Assembly (NCBI GenBank): GCA_965644295.1 | Contig: CBFFRP010000064.1 | Coordinates: 184,144 to 248,143 of the forward strand | Source: Paraphysomonas bandaiensis | Taxonomy: Eukaryota > Protista > Chrysophyceae | Direction of reading: 5' to 3' | DNA: 64,000 bases | Part shown: in pieces, positions 13,821 to 26,576 of the stretch | How the letters are laid out: every line of letters begins with the position of its first letter | Position numbering within the stretch: the stretch's first letter is position 1 | Made by a program: the position numbers and the translations under genes | Notes under the pieces: generated by a model | Told to the model about the DNA's origin: nothing | The model's database searches: none | The model's input: the letters and a program-made list of their open reading frames with translations, nothing else

Positions 13821-14197
13821 AACCGTAACTCTTAGTCGGGTATTGTACGGTTATACTAAATATAAGAAATGACTTGAAATTTCTTCAATGAGGTCGTATA
13901 TACAGTACAAAAGCCCTGATATCTAGGCTAACGAAAACCAAAATAATGGATATTACAGTATACTGTATGGATAAAAACTGGAATTATTGGAATCAATATC
14001 TGTAAATCCGGGAAAATCTTTCCTAATATTCCGAGATTGTGTATATACAGTGGAGCAGAACGTGCATCAGCAGTGAGCAGCAGTGTGTGAGGTTTCTAGA
14101 TGTCCACCTACAGCACTGTGTATATGCATATGTATGTAAGCTGTGGTTTAGATTAATTCATAGTTCAGATATAACATATCGCATACTTACTCTCACA

Positions 14198-14996
14198 ATG
14201 TCTGCCTACAGTTATGATTTAGATGAGTCCCTATGGACAGAACAAGACCAGGCGTCTTGTGATACTTGGAGGTCCACAAAGGTGCGTATGCATAACACAT
14301 ACAGCAGTTGCTTTACCTTGCAATAATCCCTATGAAATATGCGTATATCTCATTGTTATACAACAGGAGGAACAGTGGAAAGATGCTGAGTCATCCATAA
14401 GGAAGAAGCACCCCGATGAAGAGGAGTTTAAGCAGTGGCTCGACAAGCAATGCAATGAAACGAAGATGTCTGCTCTTCGTGTTCGCAGCTGTCCTATGGC
14501 TTTCTTTGATATTACTATTGGTGGTGAGGCGGCAGGACGCATTATCATGAAGCTGAGAGCTGATGTAGTACCGAAAACTGCACAGAACTTTGCTCAGTTG
14601 TGCTCTGGCGAGAAGGGTTTTGGCTATAAGGGTTGCAACTTTCATCGTGTTATCCCCGGATTCATGTGTCAGGGAGGCGACTTCACAAACCGCAACGGGA
14701 CTGGTGGAAAATCTGTGTTTGGAGAAAAGTTTGAGGACGAAAACTTTACGTTGAAGCACACTGGCCCAGGCATTCTGTCTATGGCCAATGCCGGACCTGG
14801 CACTAACGGCTCTCAGTTTTTCCTCTGCACTGCGAAGACCTCCTGGCTGGACGGGAAGCATGTTGTGTTCGGCAAGGTTACTGAAGGTATGGATGTAGTT
14901 CAGGCAATTGAGGCTGTTGGCTCTCAGGGTGGACAAACCAGCAAGGAAGTTCTAATTGCCGACTGTGGTATTCTTGGGAAAGATAGTTTCTGGTAG
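14198..14996 (+). CDS. Cyclophilin-type peptidyl-prolyl isomerase with an N-terminal extension (intron about 14282-14365)
   Basis: [43 protein letters not shown]; [16 protein letters not shown]; [10 protein letters not shown]. Confidence 0.96.
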
Positions 14997-15650
14997 ATGA
15001 ATTGTGAACGCAGCTAATGAATAGGTTTCTCTGAAGCAACTTCGAATGCTGTATGAATTTCAACTTAATTTACTCTCCACTCATCTGATTTCCTGTGTTT
15101 TTGAAATAATTCTTTTGCTGACAAAGTGAGATTAGAAGAACGAAGGAACGTTGTTTTTCTCGCGTGTTACATTGATCATGCCAGCTACTTACTACTAACG
15201 GCAATCATCAGTTTGTACATATCATGGAGGAGAAACTTTGTATACCATAAACTGATGGAGTATGACTATATAAGTCAAATAGGAATGGCGAAACTGCAGC
15301 AGTACTGCAATGAGGGCTTAAAACAAGTTCTTTGGGCACATATTACCAATTTTCAAGAATGATATACTAAACTAAACGAGGGTAACAAAGTTTGGTATCG
15401 ATATATAAGAAAATTACTACATTTTTCACACTAATATATGTATTTCTTCATTACTAGTAGTATACTGAACAGACTTTTTCACTCATCACTTACAGGCTAT
15501 GTATAAAGGTAATCATAAATTTCTTTGGGACGGAAACACTTAATAAAACCACAAACTCGACCCACACCTCTAAATTCCTTAATCACTCTATTTAGAGATG
15601 ACAAGATATACTGTAAATAGCCGCCTTGGGTCGGTAATACCTTTTACAGA

Positions 15651-16207
15651 TTATTTCGTAGCTTTAAACTTCTTATCACATACACTTCGACAATGAAATA
15701 TCACTGCTTTTTCCATGTTGCTCGACGGAGTTGGTTCCACCAGGCCAACACCTCTTGCTTCCAGTAGTTTATGCTTTTCTGTTTTTTTAGTCATGACAAG
15801 AGGCGGTAGTGTTACATCCGCATGGCTTCCATCTTTATACAAGAGCATATACACTATTCACAGAATAAAACATTAAGTCAATAACTTCATCACCTTGAAT
15901 TCTGTATTTCTGGGTTAGATACTGAAGAGATTCCTGTGATAGAGGCGTTAGAAGCGAGTGCATCTATCACACATCACTAACTCTGAAGTATACATTAGGA
16001 TCGTTATATATCTGAGACTGCAGTGAATCTAATGCCATCTTATGATCAGTTGAAAGAGTCTTTGAGCGCTCTGTTTGTGATGAATGAAGCATCGATTGTA
16101 TAGAAGTTAACTGCATACATATCAGTGTCATACTGCACAGCTATAGTCTGACTATTACATCACTATATGACCAATCGTTGAACTGCTTCTGATTCTGTGT
16201 TGACATG
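15651..16207 (-). CDS. Hypothetical protein of about 140 aa, 4 exons
   Basis: Exons MSTQNQKQFND / LTSIQSMLH...YNDPN / MHSLLTPL...YRIQ / VYMLLYKDG...ATK* joined by short GT-AG introns (one is 30 nt, 15964-15993); first junction less certain. Confidence 0.5.
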
Positions 16208-16317
16208 CCTGTGTGTCTACTGCTTCCTGATAGAGGATAGTCCAGTTATCAGTCTATTACATGAGGCAATAGATAATGCACTCTATCGTCATATGAATCA
16301 GTGATGCATATACGTCT

Positions 16318-16572
16318 ACTGGTAGTGTATAGTGCTCAGTCTAAGGGCCGTATACACACACTCCACTGGTAGTGTGAAGCACAAGACCTTGAGGGGACAC
16401 TTGATTGTGGACTTCGTGTTCTATTAGTGCTCAGTCTAAGGGCCGTATACACACACTCCACTGGTAGTAGTGGTAATGTATAAGATGTCATTGGACTGAA
16501 TACAAGACCTTGAGGGGACACTTGACCGTGGACTTCATATCACATCATCAGTGTTCAGTCCAAGGGCCATAT
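16318..16572. repeat. Degenerate tandem repeat, about 95-125 bp unit, about 2.5 copies
   Basis: tagtgctcagtctaagggccgtatacacacactccactggtagt and acaagaccttgaggggacacttga each recur. Confidence 0.8.
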
Positions 16573-16611
16573 GCAATAACATGGCTGGAGGACACTGCAG
16601 GGCAGGCTCCC

Positions 16612-16749
16612 GTATCGGCATTCAGCACCTTATTATTCGGAAACATATTGAAGCAAAACCCTTCTACATTATATACATACAACTACAGCTGGAATACAGA
16701 TAATTGTTGTCTCAATATTAGAGGCATCTTTGAACAAAAATACACAAAC
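16612..16749. repeat. Dispersed repeat family B, copy 1, in a divergent promoter
   Basis: Matches 42646-42781: gtatcggca.tcagca.ct...ttcggaaa...tacaactacagctg.aatacagataattgttgtctcaatattagaggc. Confidence 0.85.
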
Positions 16750-16960
16750 GCCATTTATGGAATACAGTGGAATACCAGGCGTATTCATAGAGTATTCCTG
16801 GATATACGTGCAGCAGTACCGTCTATGGTTCGGTACATATGGGCATAAGGAGCCACGAGGCAGACATTAAGGAACGCTCCAGCTGTCGATCCATCTATCT
16901 TATCACCATATTCCTTGCATTCTAATCATATCCATGCATGCAACATAGCTTTTCTCCTCT

Positions 16961-17759
16961 ATGACATCCTCCTTTCAGTCAGCTCGTTTGCAATTCAACC
17001 GTCTGTGTGTGCAGTGGCTAGAGGTGCACTCATATCACCATACTAATCTAACATACACTAATAATACATCTATAGCTCAATGATATCTATCACTTGAATC
17101 ATAGTGAAGTGTTTGGTGATTGGAATTGGCGACTGTGTGATGATGGATTGGTCAGTAGTTATGTATGCATGCATATACCGCTCCTGTATGTGTTAATACC
17201 GTGACAGGGACCTGATGATATTTCCTATTATTTGGTCATGGAAGTTGATTCCATTAATATTTCTGCTGCTGGAGGAGATGCAATGAGAGCTGGTGGCGAG
17301 AAATCTGAATTCACAGATATGTCGTGTGCAATGGACGATGTGTGTTCCTATGTATCCACTCCAACAGCTTCGGATTCACAAATTTGCCCTACCAAGGGGA
17401 GCATTCATATAATTCTTCATCCAACGTATCTGGTCCCATGTTTTTATGTCTCCTTACGTAAGCTAGATGGAACAGATATGCACGTATCAGACTGGTGGTC
17501 ACTGGCTGATGCTGGGCTAATTCCAGACGAACACCCTATTCTTGGCACCCCCTTTGCAACACTCCATCCTTGTGGTACTTTGGAACGTTTAGACTGCATG
17601 AAATCTGTTTCAGATACAAGCCATGACAACCAACAGTGTGACCCTTTGTATATGTTAAAATGGTTTGCATTTGCTGGAAAAGAAGTTGGCTTACCTCTAT
17701 CGCCAGATTTTTATACAGCAGCTGAAAAGAGATTGATGCTGCTGAGTGACACGATATAG
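16961..17759 (+). CDS. ATG10: Autophagy E2-like conjugating enzyme ATG10, 3 exons
   Basis: HIILHPTYLVPCFY; EHPILGTPFATLHPCGT (catalytic HPC); YMLKWF...GKEVGL C-terminal motif. Confidence 0.85.
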
Positions 17760-18390
17760 CATGTGATATAAATAGAATTGAACAAGAATGTAAAATTATA
17801 GAGGTAGATATTTGAAGTGTAGATATTAGATTGAAGTGTATAGTGTATTTCGTGTTGAGTCAGCCATATTTATTTATTCATTATGTTATGAAGTTTTAAC
17901 TAACTTTATAGTTTTGCAATCTATATACATGTTGAAACAGCAATGTACGTAATCTCTCTTAAAGCTATTGTAATGTTCATATATTACTTCTCCGTTGAGA
18001 TTATGCTCGAGTACTGAAACGGCCGTATGTGTATAGTGTATACTGTGTACAATTCAATGATAGTAAGAATTTATAATCTCTTGTAATAGTTGTAAAACAT
18101 GCGTAGTAGTGAAGAATGAGCTATATGAATGTTTATCGTTCTCCGGGGATTGCGTTTACGATAGAAACAAGACAGTCATTGTAAGTTAAGTTCTCTTTTC
18201 ACTTCCAACAGTGCATGATACACGATAAAATATACAATATTTCTGTGACTGTTAAAATCTACTACTACTACACACTACACACACACTATATATTTGTAAA
18301 CTACCTATTCACATACTACATACTACATTTACATACTACATGTAATAAAATCACCAGAGCTTAGAGAGGGAACTTACATGTAGTAAAGAT

Positions 18391-20248
18391 TCATTGTGAG
18401 TACTTGTGGGATTGAAGAAGCGTAGACCTATCTGTGTTTCGGTTAGCTCTCATTCTGTATATCAAGAAGAAACCTATTGCTGACACGCATGCAACGCCGG
18501 AAGTTATAGCTACAATGACGAATTTCACTCCTGTGAAATAACTACTATTGCTCTCATTCGTATCGTCGTCATGAAAGTTCACAGTTGACAATGTAGAATA
18601 TATTAAATTGGTGACAGCTAATGTCCCGTTGAGAGGTACACCAGCACTTGTTACTGTATCGGGGTCGATGTAAAACCCGTCTTCACGAAATGAGACATTA
18701 AGGGTTTGGACGAGCGAGTCGTCAGTAAAGGCAGGTGGGATAAGTCCAGCATCTGTAAATACATCAACGCAGAGTTCAGTGGATCCATCTGATGCATATG
18801 CATACACATGTGGAACTCCTAAATATCAGAGGAATTAGAAATTACGTATAACATTGCATGCATCAGTTGAACGACAATTCAGTTTAAAATAGTATAGAAT
18901 CACGTATGCACATACGTATATAACAGAACAACGCACACCAAGTATAGATACAAACTCACCTGTTGATACCGACTGGCCACCGACTGTGGAACATTGCGAT
19001 ATTGAAGCATTCGAGGCCACTATAATTTCTGAAGTACTCAGTTCATTCCCTTCCGGAAGCACCAAAACGTACGCAATGCACCCCAAGTCTGTAAATATAT
19101 CTGTTTCATAAGAAGAAGGGTATCCTGGATGCGGGCTGAACACAAATCGCATGTCCGTAGGTGAGGCTGAGATAATGTTCACAGCCGAACAGAATATCTC
19201 CAATGACTCATTGTATCCCACTCCGTACCCGCCTGCATAAACCACACCCACTACACCAGTGTTATTTGGTCCATACAACGCCTGGATATATAGTATTAAC
19301 CAAATAGCTTCGTGGCATTATTAAGCATACCACATGTAGAAACGATATTTACATTCACAACAATACCATGCTATAATATTACTACCTCTCTTGTTTTCAT
19401 CTTTTGGGTAAAATCGTCGTCTTCTGCAGACCAACTCTCAAGAGACGGATTGCCTATACAAATATAATTACAACACAACATTTCAACTTCATAAAGTTTA
19501 CTTTTCATAACTCTCATCGATACCGCTGAGATAGAGATACGCACCTGTAAGGGTAGCATTACAGTGACCTGAGAGAGAGGGGTTCATTGACTGCTCCTGC
19601 TGCTCCGCAGTAGTCATGATGATCTGCACTGGCTGCAGCAAATATCATTGTTACAAATATAAGCATTGTAGCAAATATTACCTCTGGCTTGGGTTGGACA
19701 AAATACATGCCTGCAGTTGTATCAATGCTCTCATTTGTCCACAGGGCAAAACTATCGTAGAACGAAAGTGGGAAACTATGTAAAACAGGGCCATTTTCCA
19801 TAGCCTATGAAATGTAATGTCAAGAACGAAGCAATAATTAATAATAAGCATATTGAAGTTCTCATACCGCACATATTTGAGCCTCCATTGCATAGGCCAT
19901 TCCACATACAGTAGTGTTCGCATGAATAGAATTGACCAGTGCTGTTATATCGTCAGTAGATAGCAGCTGCCCTCTTCCACTCGAGCCATCCAACACAGTT
20001 ACATTGATACCTATATCTTGTAGAGTAATAGCATTAGAGTAGTTTAAGTAGATAGAAGTTGAAGGTTCGCCTAAACAAAGTATGGTAGTTGTATATATTG
20101 CATCGTTCATGATGTGATCAACTACAGTCTGCAAGCCTATTGACTCTCCTGCATCATGAAGCACGAATAACACATCTGATTGGAGGAGAGGGCTATAGGC
20201 GTATAGCATATGAGTGTATGCAAGGACCAGCAAGGCTGGAATTTGCAT
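18391..20248 (-). CDS. Signal-peptide, C-terminal-TM protein with a possible GT-B (glycosyltransferase/epimerase-like) ectodomain, multi-exon
   Basis: MQIPALLVLAY signal; DVLFVLHDAGE; GNPSLESW; FVFSPHPG; SQCSTVGGQS..GVPHVY resemble GT-B Rossmann elements; TM FVIVAITSGVACVSAIGFFLIY. Confidence 0.6.
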
Positions 20249-20311
20249 TATGTCACTGTAATGCGGAATATGTGGGATGATATTTAGATGTTGATATGAT
20301 ATGAACTGCTG

Positions 20312-20800
20312 TGTACGAGATCTCAATGACTGGATGTACACCAGTACATCATCTCTATGAATGTGGATGTACACAAGTACAGTACCTGTGTATAGCATTA
20401 TGTAATGGCTGGATGTACACCAGTACATCTCTATGAATGTGGATGTACACAAGTACAGTACCTGTGTATAGCATTACGTGAGATCTCAATGGCTGGATGT
20501 ACACCAGTACATCATCTCTATGAATGTGGATGTACACAAGTACAGTACCTGTGTATAGCATTACGTGAGATCTCAATGGCTGGATGTACACCAGTACATC
20601 TCTATGAATGTGGATGTACACAAGTACAGTACCTGTGTATAGCAGTACGTGAGATCTCAATGACTGGATGTACACCAGTACATCTCTATGAATGTGGATG
20701 TACACAAGTACAGTACCTGTGTATAGCAGTACGTGAGATCTCAATGACTGGATGTACACCAGTACATCTCTATGAATGTGGATATGCACAAGTACAGCTG
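20312..20800. repeat. 84-bp minisatellite, about 6 copies, in a divergent promoter
   Basis: gagatctc starts at 20567, 20651 and 20735 (84-bp period); some units carry an extra CAT. Confidence 0.95.
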
Positions 20801-21023
20801 TAACATATAGCTTGAGCGAAGCTCTGCCGTATCCAATCAGAATGTCTTGATTGGCCAATAAGTGCAGTACAAAGGTGTATGTATGCTACATACTCTGTAC
20901 ATGTAGAGCATTGCAACTGCTAGCATGGACATACATGCATATATATATATGAATGCATCAATACCAATACATTAAACAGTAACAATATTCAAGAGAAATA
21001 TATTCCAACATGTATTCACTATA

Positions 21024-22409
21024 ATGTTGCAACTTCTTTTCCATATTGTTACTTTTTTATCAGCTGAAGCTGTTGTTAATGAGCTCTATAGCTTAGAAAT
21101 TTTGAGTGGAAAGGGAAACCAAATACTGAAAATATTACAAGGAGAAACTGTTGCAGACTCAGCCTGTAATTACGCACTTTCTCATGGGTTCGATACTGAT
21201 GCAGTGGTGCAACAAGTGGTGCCTAAAGTGTGTCAAGAAATTGGTTATCACAATCCAGAATGTGATAGAACGGAACCTCATGAGCTACTGGGAATGCACA
21301 ATGTAACACAGATGTGGGTTGATGATGGATTATACAATGAGATACTAAATCGGGGACTAAACGAGTTGCATATGTATGTACGTAGTAGTTATACACCCGA
21401 GATATTCGCAGATTTATTTTGTGCGCGTTTCATCTGCACTCCTCGTATTCGAATCAAAATTGTGACATTGGCACAAGAAGATCTAGTTCCAGCATCTAGC
21501 TCCAGCCTGCGATCGAAATTTGAGCGCGTATATAACTATGAGGTATGGGGATCATCTGAGGTATCTATGGGTGGGGGTTCTGGTATGGGATCTAGCGTGG
21601 AAGGTACGGAAAATACTAGGAAGTTTCTAGTGGAGGTTCTGCGTCGATATGATATTAAGAGTATATTAGATGCAGGATGTGGGGCACTAAGTTGGATGCC
21701 TCACGTACTTCTCTCTACACACCTGTGTTCTGATGACAGCTCATGTCCCGTGCGCATTCGGTATACAGGAGTAGATATTGCTCAAAATGCTGTCAATCGT
21801 GCAACTCGTATGGCTAATACATATAACCATAAAAATCAATGGCAGTTTTACCGCATGGATATTACCACTGATTCTCTCTCTTCATTGCCCATCTTCACAA
21901 ACAGCGACCTCTCTCTCGATGCGGCTAGCACCTTCGAGGCATCTGGTCATACTCAACCTGTGCAATTGATAGTCGTTCGAGATGTCTTTTTTCACCTTCC
22001 ATTTGAGCGTATTAAGTGTGCTCTGAATCAGTTTAGCAGGCTTGCTATAGCCCAAAGAAATAAACTCAACTATAGTGGGCCAGTCTATCTTTTAGCCACT
22101 AGCAACACTGATGCAGGGGGATACAGTGAGAACAACACTATGCTCCTCCCCATGGGAAGCTACAGGTTCGTGCAAAATATCCGATCGAGATCATTCTTAT
22201 TTTTACTCTACAGGGCCACTAATCTTCGTGAGAATCCAATCAACCTGCCTGACCCAATAGAAGGTGAATTTGTAAGCTTGTGTATTTTTTCATCTTACAG
22301 GTTTGCCATTTCAGTATTCAATGACAAGGAAATGAAGATCATGGGATTGTGGAATCTTCCGTTACCGCTGTATATATTTCCGAATGGAAGTGAATTGATG
22401 TGCTACTGA
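21024..22409 (+). CDS. Secreted/lumenal class I SAM-dependent methyltransferase
   Basis: Signal peptide; FERVYNYEVWG...GSGMGS; ILDAGCGALSW; YTGVDI; IVVRDVFFHL; two probable in-frame introns near 22166-22213 and 22264-22314. Confidence 0.8.
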   Translation: MLQLLFHIVTFLSAEAVVNELYSLEILSGKGNQILKILQGETVADSACNYALSHGFDTDAVVQQVVPKVCQEIGYHNPECDRTEPHELLGMHNVTQMWVDDGLYNEILNRGLNELHMYVRSSYTPEIFADLFCARFICTPRIRIKIVTLAQEDLVPASSSSLRSKFERVYNYEVWGSSEVSMGGGSGMGSSVEGTENTRKFLVEVLRRYDIKSILDAGCGALSWMPHVLLSTHLCSDDSSCPVRIRYTGVDIAQNAVNRATRMANTYNHKNQWQFYRMDITTDSLSSLPIFTNSDLSLDAASTFEASGHTQPVQLIVVRDVFFHLPFERIKCALNQFSRLAIAQRNKLNYSGPVYLLATSNTDAGGYSENNTMLLPMGSYRFVQNIRSRSFLFLLYRATNLRENPINLPDPIEGEFVSLCIFSSYRFAISVFNDKEMKIMGLWNLPLPLYIFPNGSELMCY

Positions 22410-23328
22410 TACTTTGTTAGGGTTAGTTACATAATTAAGTTAGTCATGTAAATTACATGTGTTCGATATGGTGGCAATTGCAACCATCAATGTACAGCTA
22501 TTGTGAAACCGTAATTGTTGCACTATATAACAAAAGTGATACTTTTAAATTGAACTAAGCTTAACAAAAGTTTTCAAGTGTATATAATAATATGCTGATA
22601 TACACAAGGCATACTTAAGTTTATTACGCATAATTGTCCTGTATTCTTATAAATCACGACACACAATCACGACATCTAATTAAACATTTGTTGATGAAGG
22701 TACTCTTGTTATGCTTGCTCATTAAAATTCTGTAATTGATGATAACTGATAAATATTTTCTTATAGTTCCATACAGCACATTTCGATGTCCTCTTGTTGT
22801 GTGTGCACCGGTAACTATGGAATTAATTAATAGTAAACATTTGAAGTGAGAGAATATTCTGAAAGCAGAATAAAGTACTCGTGTATATCTCAACTCAAGC
22901 AGTTATTAACGTGAAATTGTTATTAACACTTCAATTCAGGCACATATACACAATACACATGTGCCAGCCTGTGGTGAGCACAGTAGTAACTACTTCATGC
23001 AATATTGTATAATAGGCAATAGTAGAGCACGTCAGAGTTGGGTCAATGCAATTAACGGAACCTCAAGTGAGATAAAGTAATAAGCATTGTAATAGTAGCT
23101 TATTGTGATCGTATCGTACGACTGTAACATATCTATGTGAGTTACCATACTCGCATAACAAGGATGAGGGCTCCGAACAAACACGATCTACTGCACATAT
23201 TTCTTTTCATACAAGTTCAAGCGCCACTACGACAAACTCAGAACGATGGTAGGGTTATGCGTGCTCTCTTGATTCACGTGTGAAACATGATGCATGATTG
23301 GAATGATGTACACTGCTGTATACGAGAC

Positions 23329-23900
23329 GTATGTATGTATGTATGTATGTATGTATGTATGTATGTATGTATGTATGTATGTATGTATGTATGTATGTAT
23401 GTATGTATGTATGTATGTATGTATGTATGTATGTATGTATGTATGTATGTATGTATGTATGTATGTATGTATGTATGTATGTATGTATGTATGTATGTAT
23501 GTATGTATGTATGTATGTATGTATGTATGTATGTATGTATGTATGTATGTATGTATGTATGTATGTATGTATGTATGTATGTATGTATGTATGTATGTAT
23601 GTATGTACATGTATGTATGTATGTATGTATGTATGTATGTATGTATGTATGTATGTATGTATGTATGTATGTATGTATGTATGTATGTATGTATGTATGT
23701 ATGTATGTATGTATGTATGTATGTATGTATGTATGTATGTATGTATGTATGTATGTATGTATGTATGTATGTATGCATGTATGTATGTATGTATGTATGT
23801 ATGTATGTATGTATGTATGTATGTATGTATGTATGTATGTATGTATGTATGTATGTATGTATGTATGTATGTATGTATGTATGTATGTATGTATGTATGT
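23329..23900. repeat. (TATG)n microsatellite, about 570 bp
   Basis: Nearly perfect tetranucleotide array with two interruptions. Confidence 0.99.
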
Positions 23901-23988
23901 ACAAAGGGTTGAATGATATTGTGAGTATATCATAATTACACCACTGGAGCATAGTCCAGATTAGCTGCGTCTACCCACCTCACCTGTA

Positions 23989-25265
23989 ATGCCATCTCAT
24001 TCCTCTACTTCAAACAGCACATGGACCTTCCGTGTTCTTGTGGTTATATGCGTACTGCTGCTGGTGCTTGTGTATCAAAATCTTCAGAGAACATCATCAC
24101 ATTCCTCTCCTTCTCTCATTAGATCACCTTCATTCATAGTCCCTACCTCTATTGGATCAAGTGGATTGGGTGCTGCGCCTCCCGCTTTGCCGTCTGTAAG
24201 ACTGTCTGCAGATGAGGAGGCGAAAGTAGCGTCCTCCAGACACATATATGGGGGCAAAGGCGATAAGCTGCATCTCGGTACGTTTATTTTTTGTTTGGTT
24301 AGTTTGTAGTGCTACTCGTTGATATCTGTATATAGAGTGCATGTGATGTACACTAACAGCATACTGCAGGTGGATTTACAGAGCGCGACCCACAAGGGCT
24401 CTCAGACAACGTATTTAATTACATGCTGGGCCCTTTGGGTATTAAAAGTGTTATTGACGTTGGATGTGGTAAGGGAATTAGCACAAAGGAATTTCAAAAT
24501 CGTGGTGCTCGTGTACTCTGTGTAGAAGGGTCGCATGACGCTGTCCAACAATCATTGCTTTCCAAGGAACTTGTGGTAGAGCATGACTTTACTAGGGGAC
24601 CGTGGTGGCCTTCGGAAACATATGATGCCGCGTGGTCTGTTGAGTTCTTAGAGCATGTAGGAAGACCTTACATGCTCAATTACCTACCTGTATTTAAGAA
24701 ATGTGCCCTGATTTTTGTGACCTCGAGTGGATTTGGTGGCTGGCATCACGTAGAGGTTCATGAGCATTATTGGTGGCAGGTGAGTTTACCATCAAAATAT
24801 TGATGCCTGCATAGCACTTGCGTATGAACGTCCTGGTATAATCTCATCGGACAGTATCTATGACACGGCCAGAACTTTAACATTTGTTATTCACTGTAGG
24901 CTCGAATGGAGGCCCAAGGATTCGTGTACTCAGCTGATCTGACAGAAAGAGTTCGTCTTTACGCCAAGGAGGGTAAAACTGATCAATCTGATGCCCAACA
25001 CTTGCAGTTTGGCATGAGAGTTTTCATCAATCCTCGCGTGGCGTCACTTCCTCAGCATCATCATCTACTTGCGGGTTGGGGATGCACGAAAGGAGTCATA
25101 GACAACAGAGATGGTGGGAAGGAATGTGAAGGTGTAGATGCACTTCCATCGGACTACGTATCTCTACTGGACTGTCGTATGGATATGGGAGCAGATAAGA
25201 AGTTGTGGGAGTGCCAACCTAATCCAAAGGCCACCATTCCTGCCCCGTACACGAAAGAAGTATAA
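23989..25265 (+). CDS. Type II membrane (Golgi-like) SAM-dependent methyltransferase, 3 exons
   Basis: N-terminal TM VLVVICVLLLVLVY; HLGGF; IKSVIDVGCGKG; AWSVEFLEHV; GGWHHV. Confidence 0.82.
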
Positions 25266-26576
25266 TTTTAGTTCTCTGTATAGGGTGACATATCTTAGGC
25301 TATAATATTTGTGCTCAACTACTTGGGCTGTGACTAAGGGTATGTACCTAGTAATAGTATTTTATATGACAGCTTTAAGGCAGCTAGTATATCATGGAAC
25401 AATCTTCTCTTTTTTATGCACTCAATTCTTGACTGTACACAATAACGTCGCACCAAAGTATATGCCAAAGTCTTTTCTTTGGAATTATTAGCGTTTAATT
25501 ATTGGGTTTCACCACGTAAATCACGTCCTATTCAGAGACACTAAGTAGCACGTGTCTGTTTGAGATGCACACCTAGCTAATAGAACACTTCGATACTAGC
25601 ACATGTTGTAGGTTGTAGGTAATCGTCAGTCGACTAAATATCATGTCAACGAATAGATAATAGCGCTAATACATAGTACACATCGAAGAATACAACAAAC
25701 ACAGAAACACTATTATTTACATTAAAGTATGTAGCGCCACTTTCTATGAGTCAAATTACGGAACAGCTATGCGAGACAAGCAGGTACTTGAAGGAAAGAG
25801 TAAAGAGAGAAAGCAATATTAGTAACAAACACCATTCATACATATGGACCTCAGCGGCACTTCCATAAAAAAACGCCAGCCTTTTTCATAAGGTAGAAGA
25901 AATACCGGTAGCCCGAGCAGGAGCATGTCAAGTATATAACCTGCATATGGAACCAGGGATCCAATTATATGATACATGCAAGGAGACACCTTCGATCTTA
26001 AAACATATGATATTATATTAGATATCCACATACTATAGCAGGGCATGCACTTCTACACTGCAAGGCTTAAAACAACTAGAAATATGATAGTGGTCTTGCA
26101 AGGCTTAAAACAACTTGAAATAAGAAGACCATAATTGCAGATTATAATGATCGTGGTTTTATCTTAAGTTAGTTATCGTGTTGTATGTGTCCTTCATATG
26201 GACAAGACAACTGCCAGCGGTGCTAGTATATACTATCGCTCACATATTAGGAGTTTTGGGAACACTGTGTGTGGTTCAGGACAAAAACTCCAGGATTTTT
26301 TATTGTATTCTGTTTTTTGGTGTATTCTGTATATTACAAACAACAAAAAAACGGGATTTTTAGTCGGATTGCCATATGCCCACTACCAGATTTGGAATTT
26401 GAATATGTGAGACTTCTATATAGTCCACAGTGAGCACAGTATACCGCCGTCTAACCCATACATATCCACATACTATAGCAGGGCATGCACTTCTACACTG
26501 CACTTCGTCATATACCAGTGACAGCTGTGTCCAATTAAGCACCATATCAACACACTCACACTATAGACTCTAACAG

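Noticed and set aside
20355-20858. Repetitive ORFs on both strands; CRISPR-like appearance
   Set aside because: Head-to-tail 84-bp minisatellite without unique spacers or cas genes
23227-23952. Long YIHT/MYVC ORFs (also 51757-52697 and 1018-1344)
   Set aside because: Translations of TATG microsatellites that lack stop codons; not proteins
26022-26501. 40-bp duplication (atatccacatactatagcagggcatgcacttctacactgca) and a nearby 19-bp repeat
   Set aside because: Small local duplications with no TIR/TSD structure evident
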